A DNA stretch of 64,000 bases, taken from NCBI GenBank assembly GCA_027923505.1, contig BROI01000020.1:558001-622000 (forward strand), read 5' to 3'. Shown one piece after another: positions 35,094 through 46,900 of this stretch. Source of the DNA: Mayamaea pseudoterrestris. Its lineage: Eukaryota. Below the pieces are notes generated by a model, which had not been told where the DNA came from, did not search any database, and saw only the letters and a program-made list of their open reading frames with translations. The translations under genes were made by a program, and so were the position numbers. Position 1 is the first letter of the stretch, and each line of letters begins with the position of its first letter.

Positions 35094-36083
35094 ATGTCAG
35101 GCAACACTATGGAGTCTGCAGCAACGGCAAGCGACACTGCCGAAACGACTACAGATATCAAGCAGCTCCTCTCCGACCTTCACGTCAAGCGCGAAACCAT
35201 TGACACGGAGGCGCAAGCCATTATCGGTGAACTGACCGCTCCCGTTGTGGATCCGACGGACGACTCCAAGACGGTGGCACCCATGGGTTTTGACACGCCG
35301 CTCGTCGACCACGACGGCTATCCGCGAGGTGACATTGACGTCTATCGAGCGAGGAGCTTGAGGCAGAGACTCAACGAGCTGCAGACGGATCGAACATATA
35401 TGACGCAGCAAATGGAGAAATACTTGCAGCAACTACTTTTGCACGAGTCGCCGCAGGCGAGTGAGGAGCTTGAAAAGGAAATGGAGGCGCGCAAAGCGGT
35501 CAAGCCGAAACCGAAGTTCGACAAGGCAACGGGCAAGTGGATCGTGACAACGTGGGATGGGACCATGGCCGTTGGAGGCGATAATGTTGCAGCAAGAGTT
35601 GGAAGCGCGGCGAGTGACGAAGCTGTTGCTGCTGCAAATAGCATGGTTACGTCTTCGAGTACTGACGAGACTACTACCACTCCAACTATTCCTTCCACTA
35701 CCGATGCTACTCGATCAGCCGTTCCCGTCGAAACATCGAAACTTGGTTTACTGGCGCATGCGAGTCCGTTTGCGCGCATTGATTCCGTGGCAAACGACTC
35801 GCCGGCGCAAAAGGCGGGCCTGCAACAGGGCGACTTGATTGTATCCTTTGACGGTTTGACCATCAGCGACGATTTGGATTGGTTGTTCCAGCAAGTGGCG
35901 GCGCGCGTATCGCACGCGGCGGAGCATGTGGAGGATTTGACCGTCATTGTCATGCGCAGCGAGACCAACGGCGGTGATGAGGCAAACGACGACCATGCAA
36001 TCTTCGAGGAGCTGCGCCTTTATCCAGGCGCTTGGGCGGGAAGAGGCTTTTTGGGATGTCACTTGGTGCCAATCAAGAAGTAA
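35094..36083 (+). CDS. PSMD9: 26S proteasome assembly chaperone Nas2/p27 (Nas2_N + PDZ)
   Basis: MGFDTPLVDHDGYPRGDIDVYRAR, PDZ PFARIDSVANDSPAQKAGLQQGDLIV, C-terminal WAGRGFLGCHL. Confidence 0.93.
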   Translation: MSGNTMESAATASDTAETTTDIKQLLSDLHVKRETIDTEAQAIIGELTAPVVDPTDDSKTVAPMGFDTPLVDHDGYPRGDIDVYRARSLRQRLNELQTDRTYMTQQMEKYLQQLLLHESPQASEELEKEMEARKAVKPKPKFDKATGKWIVTTWDGTMAVGGDNVAARVGSAASDEAVAAANSMVTSSSTDETTTTPTIPSTTDATRSAVPVETSKLGLLAHASPFARIDSVANDSPAQKAGLQQGDLIVSFDGLTISDDLDWLFQQVAARVSHAAEHVEDLTVIVMRSETNGGDEANDDHAIFEELRLYPGAWAGRGFLGCHLVPIKK

Positions 36084-36702
36084 ATGCGTTGGAGATTGGA
36101 GAGACAATGTCGTTCGTTATTCGTCGGGAGTCGCTGGATGGCATGAGGCTTGGATTAAACTTCAACTACCGGTAGAAATTGGAATGAGTCACGTCGTTCG
36201 TCGTGCGTTCGTCATCTCGTCTGCTTCTTATCATTCTGCTTGCGTTACATTATCTGCACACGCAATACAAACTGCCATTGCGTGATACATAGCATCTTGC
36301 CATTCCAGCTATCGTGGTAGTAGCAGTGCAAGCAGCGCTTGTAGTAAATGCATGTACCAGAGTTTTGGCAACGAAACCCCCCCCCTTGAACTTCAAACAC
36401 GGTTTTGAGTCAATACTCCAGTTCGGTTTTCTCGGGAATTGATTTTACGCCAGTGCGCATCTCCAAATTGGCAAATGGCCAATATGAACGCGGCGGAAGC
36501 GCGAGTCTCGTGAAACAAGTGGAGAGGCAATGAATGGCGCGGGTAACTGCGCATCTTCCGTCACAATGTTTGCGTTGCAGGTGAGTTCGGAAAAGAATGG
36601 CTTCTGGTTCACTTCTTCAGTCTTGCGCATCTTGCTCCGACTTCCAAGGAGGCAACTCGGCAGACTCATTTTAGTTTCATTCGTCGTAAACACACCTACA
36701 AC

Positions 36703-36918
36703 ATGGAGCAAAAGCAAATTTGCGTGCCCCAGACGCGGCTGGGCAAAGTCGTCACGCCGGCAGCAGACTCTGGAACAGCCACAAGCAATGTTACTGGACG
36801 CGCGGCGGGAGTAGAGTTGAGGCGCATACTGATTGGGACTCTTCAGCAAGTGCTCGAAATCATCTCTACTGCCTTGACAGAGACGGAAGATGTCAGAGAA
36901 AGTGTCCCCGAGGAGTAG
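36703..36918 (+). CDS. Putative microprotein 1 (71 aa), unnamed family
   Basis: MEQK...ELRRILIGTLQQVLEII plus acidic tail; motif shared with 37601 and 40974. Confidence 0.6.
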   Translation: MEQKQICVPQTRLGKVVTPAADSGTATSNVTGRAAGVELRRILIGTLQQVLEIISTALTETEDVRESVPEE

Positions 36919-37600
36919 AAAATTGTACAAATAAATCTATTAAAGCTTTTAGATGCGAAAGTTTGGCGTTGCTTCTTGTGCAAGTGAACGCATTAGATTG
37001 GCTAGCAGGTCAGCAGCCGCAATTGCTTTGTATATATCGTTAAAGCACGTCTCTGCGCTCGCTATTTCTTTTCGAATGCCTTCACGTATTTATAGTTACA
37101 CATATACTATATTATTTGGTTGCATTATCTCAACTAATGTCGCTACAGTCTCCAGTACGCCAGACGCGACCGTTGTATGAAGAGCAATGCTGGCAGGCCT
37201 CACGAACTCACAAAGGCATCTTTAACATCGAGAAGAATCCATTTCATCCGGACTAAGCACGATTTTGAGCCATTCAGACTTTCGATTTCTCAAAAGTAGA
37301 TGCATGAGAATTCGAAGGAAGCGCTGCGAGTCATTGGAAGACTGCATTGGCGGATAAAAAGCTAAAACGCACCTTTTATCGAGAGCAACATGGGAGAGAC
37401 ACGGGAATGATATCTTAGTTCAAGGTAATTTGAGAAAACATTTGCTTCTGTATCTTTTCTATATACGCGTATCTCTTCTTAATCAGTCTTGGCGAACAGA
37501 ACAGTGGTGTTTGCTCCGTCGTCCAGTGATGCGTTTCACCAGAGAGCAAAGACCCGCCCGGCACTAGTTGTTCATAATATATTGGATTAAGCCTTATAAA

Positions 37601-37837
37601 ATGGAGAACAAACACACATATGAACACCAACCTTGGCTTACCGAAGCAGTCCTCGAATCTTTGAGAGAGCAAGAATCCAATTCAGGCTATGTTTCGCGAA
37701 ACACGGAGCCTACGCTCATGCCCAGGACGAGAGAAGAGTTAAAGCGTATCTTGCTTGGCACCATTAGGGAAGTGCTTGAGATGATATCATCAATCACGCT
37801 TGAAACAGAGGAAGAGGACGATATGTTTTCTGATTAA
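37601..37837 (+). CDS. Putative microprotein 2 (78 aa), unnamed family
   Basis: MENK...ELKRILLGTIREVLEMI plus acidic tail ETEEEDDMFSD. Confidence 0.62.
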   Translation: MENKHTYEHQPWLTEAVLESLREQESNSGYVSRNTEPTLMPRTREELKRILLGTIREVLEMISSITLETEEEDDMFSD

Positions 37838-38010
37838 AATGCTAGCCAAAAGATTTATACTTTTGAAACCTATATTTGATTGCGCAGTAGCTTGCGGGCG
37901 CCCGCCGTCTATTCGACTGGTCAGCTGCGTGTTTGCTCACTGGTTCACGTTTCACTAAGGTAGATCGTCTCGTCTAATGGCCACTAATGGTGCAACGGGC
38001 ACTCGCCATC

Positions 38011-40017
38011 CTATCCAAACCACCGTCGCTTCAGCTCGGCCCGAATCATGTCCAGCTCCAAGGTCGAAGCACCGGCAATGGAGCTATTTTCGTTGGCACG
38101 TCGAATCAAGTATGGCATGACAAGCTTCACTGGCCCATAAGGCAGATACTTGTACGCTCGGTATTCCAGCAGTCCGAGGTTGTAGGTGAGGTGATCCATC
38201 ATGCCGTAGAGCTGCGCAAACGAAATGGTCGGACCCTTTCGATCAATGCCAATCTCATTCATGGCGGCAATCGCCTTTTCAACGCTCTGCTGGTTGTGTG
38301 ACGCAACCATGAGTTCCACTTGCTTGTCCGTCGTCTTGGCATGCTTGAGCAAAAACTCTACGGCCCCATTGTACGAAGCGTGCGTCTCTTCAATCGTGTC
38401 ATGAATCGGCGACAGATAGTTGAGCGTTTCCGCCAAAACTCGTTCACTCTCCATGTAGGCGCCCCGCACAAGCTTGGCACCAAAGTGATAGCCGTATCGC
38501 TCGGACCGTTCCACATCCGTCTGCAACCGCGGCAGCGCATCCTTCAAGTAACACTGATAGGTATTGTAAATGACAGGAAACTCGCTGACGCTCGTTGCGT
38601 TAAACTTGCGCTGCAAGGTCCACACCAAGTTGTCAATCGCCGGTTGAAACCGCGCCTGCTCGGCGTCAATCAGTAGGCGCGTACCAACGCGCGCCGCCTC
38701 CTCGGCCAACGTGTAGGCACGCTCCAGCATGCGCTCCATGAGTTCCACCTCCTCGTCGGTCGGTGTCGCTAGTGCGAGCGGACCAACTTCAATGCAACTG
38801 GCAGTCAGCTGCGGCAAGTCGCGCGGCTCGAGTAGCATGGACCAAGCAATGTAGTCTATGGAATTCTTCTTGTGTGAATCAGAAACACTACCACTACTAT
38901 CATGCTGATCATGATCCAGCTTTTCCAACAATTCCCTCAGTTTCGTTTCATCGTTCCGAAAGAACAAGTGAAAGCCCGTTGTAAACTCCTCGTGCGAAAT
39001 GGTACCGTCTCCATTTTCGTCAAACTTGCGAAACAAGTTTTGCGCCTCGACAATTGCTCTCGACATGCGCTCGAGCAACTTTGGATTGCCGAGGGCCGTG
39101 ACTTTAATGGCCGCGTATCCATCCTTTTGCAGACTGGCCACGTCGCGAATGCACTTCAAAAAGTTGTCCAAGTGGGCGTCGCACTTTTGCTCCGACTCGT
39201 AGTCGTAGACGCGCACCTTGGGAGTCATGCCGGCGACGCTATTGACGGTGGATTGGGTTGACATGGTTATATCGTTATTATGTTCGAGTGATTGCTGCTG
39301 TGAATGGGACTTTGCATTGTCATGGCTGCTCGCACTGTTATTACTTTGTTGCTGCTGCCCCGATCCATCATCCTCGGCTGCAAAATCCAAAATGCTGCCA
39401 ATGCCCGCCTGCTCCAGCTTGTATATGACTGGTTGAATGCTTGTTTCGTCCGTTCCCGCGCAAAAGTGTCCAAAGAGCGTCTGCTCCATTAGCTTGTCTG
39501 TAAGAGTGTCGCCCAGAACCTTGCGCGTGTAGCCAAGCAGGGGTTCGGCGCGGCGCACAAAGAATGGAACGCGGCAAAGCCCAAAGGCGGTATAGGCGAC
39601 GAGCAAGTCCTTGGTCGTCTTGGAGCTCCAGGCTGCCGTCGAATAGGAAAAGTCGGGAATGGGATTTGATTCAAATGTAGTAGCTGTAGTAGATGACGCA
39701 TCGGCGTCAAAGGACGCCAAGGATGCAGAGACTCGCTTCGAACCGAGGCTGCTGCTGCTAGATGGGTCGACTGCTGCTAATTTCTCAAGCTCCTTTGCAG
39801 CAGACTCCTCCTCCAAGCGACTCTTGGCCGCCATGGAAAAGCGTTGAAACTTATTGCGTATTGGGGGATTTCGGTGAGCGATACATTGACTCGTCATGAG
39901 GCTGCATGGAGGCGTCAAGCGTCGATGCGAAAATTGTTGATGCAGCTGCCGGCTCGCCGTTCGAATCATGTCGTAACAGCGACTCGATGATCGAACCAAT
40001 GCTAATGCAGTAATCAT
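38011..40017 (-). CDS. PRODH: Proline dehydrogenase (mitochondrial-type presequence) with an EF-hand insert
   Basis: FGHFCAG, AIKVTALG, LLIDAEQ, YNTYQCYLK, GAKLVRGAYM, MVASHN, FAQLYGM, YKYLPYGPV, MPYLIRRANEN; EF loop DENGDGTISHEE. Confidence 0.96.
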   Translation of the reverse strand: MITALALVRSSSRCYDMIRTASRQLHQQFSHRRLTPPCSLMTSQCIAHRNPPIRNKFQRFSMAAKSRLEEESAAKELEKLAAVDPSSSSSLGSKRVSASLASFDADASSTTATTFESNPIPDFSYSTAAWSSKTTKDLLVAYTAFGLCRVPFFVRRAEPLLGYTRKVLGDTLTDKLMEQTLFGHFCAGTDETSIQPVIYKLEQAGIGSILDFAAEDDGSGQQQQSNNSASSHDNAKSHSQQQSLEHNNDITMSTQSTVNSVAGMTPKVRVYDYESEQKCDAHLDNFLKCIRDVASLQKDGYAAIKVTALGNPKLLERMSRAIVEAQNLFRKFDENGDGTISHEEFTTGFHLFFRNDETKLRELLEKLDHDQHDSSGSVSDSHKKNSIDYIAWSMLLEPRDLPQLTASCIEVGPLALATPTDEEVELMERMLERAYTLAEEAARVGTRLLIDAEQARFQPAIDNLVWTLQRKFNATSVSEFPVIYNTYQCYLKDALPRLQTDVERSERYGYHFGAKLVRGAYMESERVLAETLNYLSPIHDTIEETHASYNGAVEFLLKHAKTTDKQVELMVASHNQQSVEKAIAAMNEIGIDRKGPTISFAQLYGMMDHLTYNLGLLEYRAYKYLPYGPVKLVMPYLIRRANENSSIAGASTLELDMIRAELKRRWFG

Positions 40018-40973
40018 GGTCCTTTATAAGAGGTATTCGAGTTGTCTTGTTAAAAAAGCTGCCAAGGAAAGACGTGACGAAGAAGTAGCCTTCGACTTGT
40101 TCGAAGTCGAAAGAAGAAGGATCCGCCGCGACGGCGCGGTTGTGAATGTCTTAGCGTGACATTACATAACCAGTGCGATGCGAGGATAATTTGAAAGATC
40201 CGGGCAGCTAGCGATGAAATATGTCAGTCAATGCTGGATGAGCCTTGGCGGCGGTCTCTATTGCTATTCGTGGACATGCTTGCTTGTAATTGTACCCTCA
40301 TGACTATTCGCCAAGGTGGACACGGCAGGCAGGAATATGGCCGATACTACTGATGTCGACTTTCTAGCCAGTACAGAGTACAGTGCATCACAACTTAATC
40401 GCCTGCTTGGCTCTCGATTTGCAAAATGACATCATTAGATACGCATCATCCTTACGGCATCATACATATGGACTGTTACACTTGATAGCTAGCAAATTGT
40501 CGATTCTTGTAGCTCTCCTTCCATGCAAGAGAGAAACATGACCGAAGCTCGTGACGATGTAACTCGTCGCCCAAACTGCCGTCGACGCAGCCAAACCTTT
40601 GGCACTTTTGGCAAAGAACGGATCGCGGAACTTGAACCGCGAGATACAAAACTCCCGAGAAGATGCCGGCAGAAGAATATGCGTCAAAAGCGATTCCCAG
40701 GAACCGAACCGACCTACTTTGAGGCACCGCTGTACACAATCGTCGCGAGAAAACAAGTAGATGTGCCTGTCATTTCCCTACGTCGGAGTGGCTGTGTTCG
40801 AAGAATTCGAAGAATACCTGTGAGTGCGTGGCTTGTTTTCGCGGAAACGCGAACAACCGTGATCTACGAAAGTGTGAATCACAATTAAACCTCGAGAGCT
40901 CACATCCCACAAAATCCAAGCGCGCTCACTTTCCCACAAAATCTCAATGCCAACGAAAAACACTTGCTGCACC

Positions 40974-41228
40974 ATGGAGCCAAAGACAACCGAAGACCCT
41001 CCGATCTCCCTGATTGGAGCGATGAAGATATCCTCCGCGAGGGATGCACCATGTTACAGAAACTCTCCAGGATCTGATTCTGCTGGCGGTTGGGCCACAT
41101 TTCCAGCGACTTCTACCCTGCGCCGCCCCACTCACAAGCGCCAAAAGACAGCGGCGGACTTGCACAAGATACTTCTTCAGACGCTTGACGATGCCATCAA
41201 GATTGCAACGAAAGATTTGGACGATTAA
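40974..41228 (+). CDS. Putative microprotein 3 (84 aa; upstream in-frame ATG at 40947), unnamed family
   Basis: MEPK...DLHKILLQTLDDAIKIATKDLDD; same amphipathic helix pattern as microproteins 1 and 2. Confidence 0.5.
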   Translation: MEPKTTEDPPISLIGAMKISSARDAPCYRNSPGSDSAGGWATFPATSTLRRPTHKRQKTAADLHKILLQTLDDAIKIATKDLDD

Positions 41229-42318
41229 CGCGGCTGCATGTGAGAGTCGTTGGACATGCCACGTGGTATTTTACGCAGTTTTTACCGGCGGGCAATCATT
41301 GGATAAGTTTTGGATTTGGGAGTCGACGTAATGAATCTTATAGAGTTTTGTTTTGTTATACGGTGATTGCTATGTAAGATTAGCTTGATAATTTGTGCTT
41401 CCAGCCATCGTTGCCGTCGTCTGCCTGCACGACGTCGACACAACTTGTTGCGCTTTGCGCCATACACCGCCACATATCTTTCGCATCGCGACAACGCCTG
41501 GAAGCACTAGCGCTCCACCGCTTCCTGATCCGACTTGCTCGACACTGCATGCTCTAATAGTTACAAGCCTCCGCGAGTTGCCCCATCGACGGGTGGCCCT
41601 CGAGCCCCATGTTTTCCGAGAGAACACACAAGCAGTGCATCGAGATAGTACGACTGATAGTTCGTTCAAAAGGCGAGTCACATACTGGCGTCAGCGAGTA
41701 AAATCCGAAGACGAGACTAGCCACTCCGTTGTTCCCTTTTTCATGACGATGTACATGTTCACCAATAAATCTGAACCAGCCACTCCGTTGTTCCCTTACA
41801 TGACGCGCCAGCTCGCGTTCGTGTTACGCTCCGCGCCCCTTCCGATTGGAACACCCCAATTCGACAATTCGAACTCCCGATCGGAACACCCGATTGGAAC
41901 ACATGGGCGGCGGTTGCCGAAATGATTAGCTGAACCTGTTCAGGACTCAAAAGCTGTTTCGCCTCTTACCAACCTAAAATGAGCTGATTCCAGATTGCCA
42001 AATCTATTCATACCGCAGCCAACACGACGTAATGGCACTTCCAATCCTCTTGCGCTCTTGGCCTGTCGTGTAGTAGCGAAGCTGTTTTGTCGATTATGCA
42101 ATGATAGGAGTGCTGCTCAAGGTTTGCTGGACGAGATTCGCGTCGATCGCCAAAACCGCACGGAAACGGATGTCGTACCGCAACAGATTGTCGTAGCGGT
42201 TCTCAAACTGTCAATTTTTGAAATCGCAATCCATCGATCATCCATCCATCAACATGGTCGGCGTCGTCCCTCCAGTCAACAAGACACCCTCCTGCTTACT
42301 ATATTATCGTCTAGCAGC

Positions 42319-42924
42319 ATGATCGGATTAATATTTAGACCCTTTGCAGTAGCATTCACTGCCTTTGCGGTTTCGAGGAGTCATTTGTTCCATGGATCGT
42401 CGTCGTCAAAGTTCCGTCACCCATCGAATCTTCCAATGTCGACAAGCGCGTTGCAAGCAGCAACCACAACGACATGGTTCATAGACGGAAACAATTTGCT
42501 TGCTTCCCGAGGAGTTCCAAAGGATTTAAATGTCGTTCAGGAGCGACTTGGTTGTATAGAAACCTTGCAGAGTGACGCTACAATCCAAGTGATGCTTGTC
42601 ATGGATGGACCCAAGAATCGACAACTGGCAGAAGCAGCCGAGAGCGTCAGTGAAATGAAACAAGAAAATGACGAGAGTACACCAGTCAAGACACATTCCG
42701 TCGGATCCTGCGTTCGCATACAGCTACCGCCAGGCCAGTCGGCGGACGACTACATTTACGAGTCGGTGGCCGTTCGTTCCTTGAGCAATGGCAATGCGCT
42801 GCAGATTGTCACGGCGGACGGCGAGCTTCGAAGGCGCGTCAGTAGCATGGTAAAGAATGTGGTGCATCCAAGCAAGTTTTGGAAAACGTACTTGCCAAGA
42901 CTGGCGGGTGAGAAGCGACTGTAG
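42319..42924 (+). CDS. YacP-like NYN/PIN-domain ribonuclease with probable bipartite plastid leader
   Basis: Acidic motifs WFIDGNNLL, LVMDG, SADDYI and IVTADGELRRRV; hydrophobic N-terminus followed by a Ser-rich segment. Confidence 0.8.
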   Translation: MIGLIFRPFAVAFTAFAVSRSHLFHGSSSSKFRHPSNLPMSTSALQAATTTTWFIDGNNLLASRGVPKDLNVVQERLGCIETLQSDATIQVMLVMDGPKNRQLAEAAESVSEMKQENDESTPVKTHSVGSCVRIQLPPGQSADDYIYESVAVRSLSNGNALQIVTADGELRRRVSSMVKNVVHPSKFWKTYLPRLAGEKRL

Positions 42925-43931
42925 TTTAAAAAAAATGGAAGGGGACGGCATCTGTTGCGCGTAATATAGTATCAAGCTAGGGATGTAGCGTCAAAGTAGA
43001 CGTCTCTTTATATAGATTAACAGTTGCAAGATCATACGTTCTCACGAAACCGAGACAGCTCATTCGTTCCTCTGTATAGGATTCGTTGTCCGCGTCAAAC
43101 TTGCCGACACCTCTGCTTCCATTTCTGGCTCGTCATGCCGCAATTGCTTCATATCCATCTCCACCGCCGCTAAACTCAACGACTGACAGTCCCAATCCAA
43201 AAAGGCCGACGCAGCGGCTGTCCGCGGCCACGAGTATGTTTGCGGGCACCATTGGGCTTTTAGCCTGCGAGGAAACGGCGGTCCCACTTCCAACATGGAC
43301 AAAGAGCGATGTGACTATAAATATCTGCCATGAGGGCTCAAGCGACGAGCAAAGTGTTGCGCTTTTGTAAACAGCTATGCAAAGAACAATGATGACATAC
43401 GGTAATGTTAAAAAGAGAATTCTAGCTATTGAATCACAACCGATGGAGAGCGGTATCTAGTAAGCATACTTAATCTGTTGCATGGTTACCCAGCACGTTA
43501 GGCCAGGGTAATTAGGCACGGCACGGCCGAAACGCACGTTCATACGGTGCGGACTTTGGATCATCCGAAAGCTCTTTGATCAAGGAAGAGGAGGAAATGG
43601 CTGCAAAAGTTGAGGGAGTAATGAATGCAACGAAAGTGGACAGCTTGCTCTCGTCGAGTGGAAGAGGTACCGGTATGAGCGCGTCATTGTTGCGAATGAG
43701 CCGTTAATGTCACACTCATTCGTGATGCGACACTTTAAGTCTCGGCCGGCGCGCTCCATCCAATGCGCGCGCGCGCGTTTCGTCGCACGGAAATGGACGA
43801 AGCGAGCGAATCGTCCATTGCAGCAGCCGCTCCTTTCATCCATTGCATTCAGCCTTGAACCGCAGCAAGATAATCTACAGATTCTCGTAAAGCAGTCTTG
43901 ATATATAAACAATCAGCAAAAAGCAAGCGCC

Positions 43932-46900
43932 ATGCCAAAGCGTCCTTCGCTCGAAACGGAAGACGACGGCGATGCGTCCTCCTCGCCTCGGGCTTCCAAG
44001 CGGAGGGTTAGTCCGGAGAGTGACGGGGAGGAGTTTGAGTTGCAGGACGGCTTGGAGGAGCAAGAAGAGAACGATGACGAGCAAGAAGTAATGGGTGATG
44101 AGGAACAGGGCGCGTCGTCGACGCCTCGCAACAACGACGACGACGAATACAATCCAGCGACGGAATCTCCAGCAAAGCAAAGTGGCGCCGAGGAAGAATA
44201 CAATCAAGACGAGCAGGAAGATGCTATTGCACAAGAGCTCGGCGACGAGGCGCAAGACATGGATGACGACCATCCTCGCTCCAAGGCTCGTCGAGACAGT
44301 CCACTCGTTCATCGGCCCAAGAACAAACCAAGGGTCAACGTTCCAGCCGAGGCGGGCATCATCAAAAATATTTACCTGGAGAATTTCATGTGTCACCGCA
44401 AGTACGTACATATATGATTGATTGCTCGATTGGAGTTTGAGAGTGCTCAGCGATGGGGAAAGAATGAGCGATTCTAGTTTCCACGTGCATGCAGCATTTA
44501 TTGCTGCCTTTCATGCCCTTTCTCACCAAATCCTCTCTTCACGTTACCTTTTTCCATCACTCCAGACTCTCCATTGACTTTTGTCCCAACGCCAATTTCG
44601 TCAATGGCGCCAACGGCTCGGGCAAGTCGGCCATTTTGGCCGCCATTCAAATTTGTTTGGGCGCCACGGCCAAGCGCACGGGTCGCGGCCGCAACATGCG
44701 CGAGCTCATTCGCGACTACAATTCGACGAATGCACCAGCCTACGCCAAGGTGCGCGTGTCGCTGGCGAATGGAGGATCGGATGGATACAAGCAAGATGTG
44801 TATGGGAATGTGATTACGGTGGAGCGAACCATTAGTAATGGGGCAGGCTTTAGTGGATACAAGTTGCTGGATGCGAATGGAAAGGAGAAGTCGCGGGATC
44901 GGCATGAGTTGTATGAAATGCTGGATCATTTGTAAGTAATGTTGCGATTGGTGCGTGATGGTCAAATGTAGAGGCGACGATTGCATTTGCCAATCTTGTT
45001 CGATTCATTTCTCATGCTTGCATTTTCGTTTCACGCGCCGCTCAGAAACATTCAAGTCGAGAACCCAGTCTCAGTCCTCAGCCAGGAGGAAGCCAAGACG
45101 TTTATTCACGGCAACGAAAAGGAAAAGTACAAGTTCTTTATGAAGGCGACGGAGCTTGAGCGCATTTCCTGCAAGCACGCGGAAACCTCGGACGAAATTA
45201 GCAACTTGACCGTTCAGTGCGACAAGATGAAGAAAATACTTCTCGATGATAATAGTCGCGTCATTGCGCTCAAGAAAAAGTGGGAGCAACATCGAGCTGT
45301 CGACAAACTGGAACTCAAGGTTCAAGAATTGGTTGTCAAGATGGCTTGGGCCAAGTATTGGGATGTTGAAAAGCAATATCAAGGAGCCAAGGCGGACAAG
45401 GAGCGAATGGACGAAAAGGCCAAGAAGAAAATGGCGGAACTCACGCAAGCGGAGGAACTGGCAAGTCAACCCGACACGGAACATGACCGATTGACGGAAC
45501 GCATTCAGGAGCTTGTACGAGAAGGGCAAGCGGCGACCAAAGCGAAACGAGACTTGGAGGATGAGCTGCGCGAGGCGGAAGCACCCAAGAAGCAACTGCT
45601 GCGACAATTGGATCGACTGAAGCGAGCTCGTCTCGATAATGGTAAGAAGCTATCGGCTGCGCAGAAGCGTTTGGAATCCAAGCGCAAGGAAATATTGGAC
45701 AATGCCAATAACTCGGACGAGGCGAAGATTACTGCCTTGTTGCAGGAAAAAGAGGCGGAACTTGCCAATGCCAAGGCGCAGTCGGATCAGTTGAATGAAT
45801 CGTTGAATACGAGTCGACGTGAGTACGAAGAGGCGGAACCGCAGGTGGAGCAGGCTCGGGCCATGGTTTCCAATCGCGAGGAAGATCTACGTCGGGTGAG
45901 CCAACGGTTGGAGGGTTTGAATAGAGCTGATGGTGACGAGTTTGCCGCTCTTGGGCGCAACGTCAAAAAGGTGTTTTCGCAGGTGGTGCAGCTGCAAAAG
46001 CAAGGCAAGTTTCAGGGTCATGTTGTCGGGCCGGTTGCCAAGTACTTGAAAGTTGCGGCCGGCAAGGAGGCGTATGCAAAGCTTGCGGAAAGGGCTCTTG
46101 GATTTAAGGCGTTGGACAAGTTTATTGTCACAAACGATCACGACCGCGTTTTGCTCCAGAAAATTCGAGTGAACTGTGGCTGCTCGCAAGACTGCGAAAT
46201 TATTCAGACTTACAGTAATGCTCGGTTTAACGTTCCAGCTTCGCCAGCCGCTGGGATTGAGACGGTGGCGACTGTCTTGAGCATTTCCGATGATCTTGTC
46301 TTCAACACACTTGGTACGTTGATTGTAATGACTGCGTCAGTTGCATGTCAATGCCAATGATGCTAAGCTGACTTGCAAAATGTGTTCTTTCGGTAGTTGA
46401 CATGTACAGCATCGACCAAAAGGCGTTGGCTCTCGACAAGAAAGCCAGCGAAGAAGGTTTATTGATTACGCAGGCCAACGGCCAGCAATCGATCAAAGGC
46501 AACATAAACGAAGTTTACTTTGCGCCAAGAGGAGATATTTGGACAATTCGCGGAGGGTTTCTCTCTCTCATGTCAAATGAGCGGCCTCTCACTCTCACGA
46601 TCGGCACGGACAAGTCTGCTGCCATTGCTAGCACTAAGGTGGAAATGACTACTATTAATGAAGAGCTGAAGAAAATTCGACACGACTTGTCCCGGTTAGA
46701 TGCGCATCATACAGAGCTACAGCGCGTTTGGAATACTCACCGAAAGCAACAGCAGGCGAACGCGAAGGCGATTGGAAATCTGACGTCCAAGATTGCGGAA
46801 CTCAAGGATGACTTGGATTGCTTGGACAATGCTGCTATTGACACCAGGATTGAGGAGGAAGAGGTGGCTGAAGCCGAGAGTGAGATTGAACAGATTCGCG

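Noticed and set aside
43060..43370. Short ORFs between the NYN gene and SMC6
   Set aside because: No ATG-anchored recognisable domain, splice support or paralog in the window.
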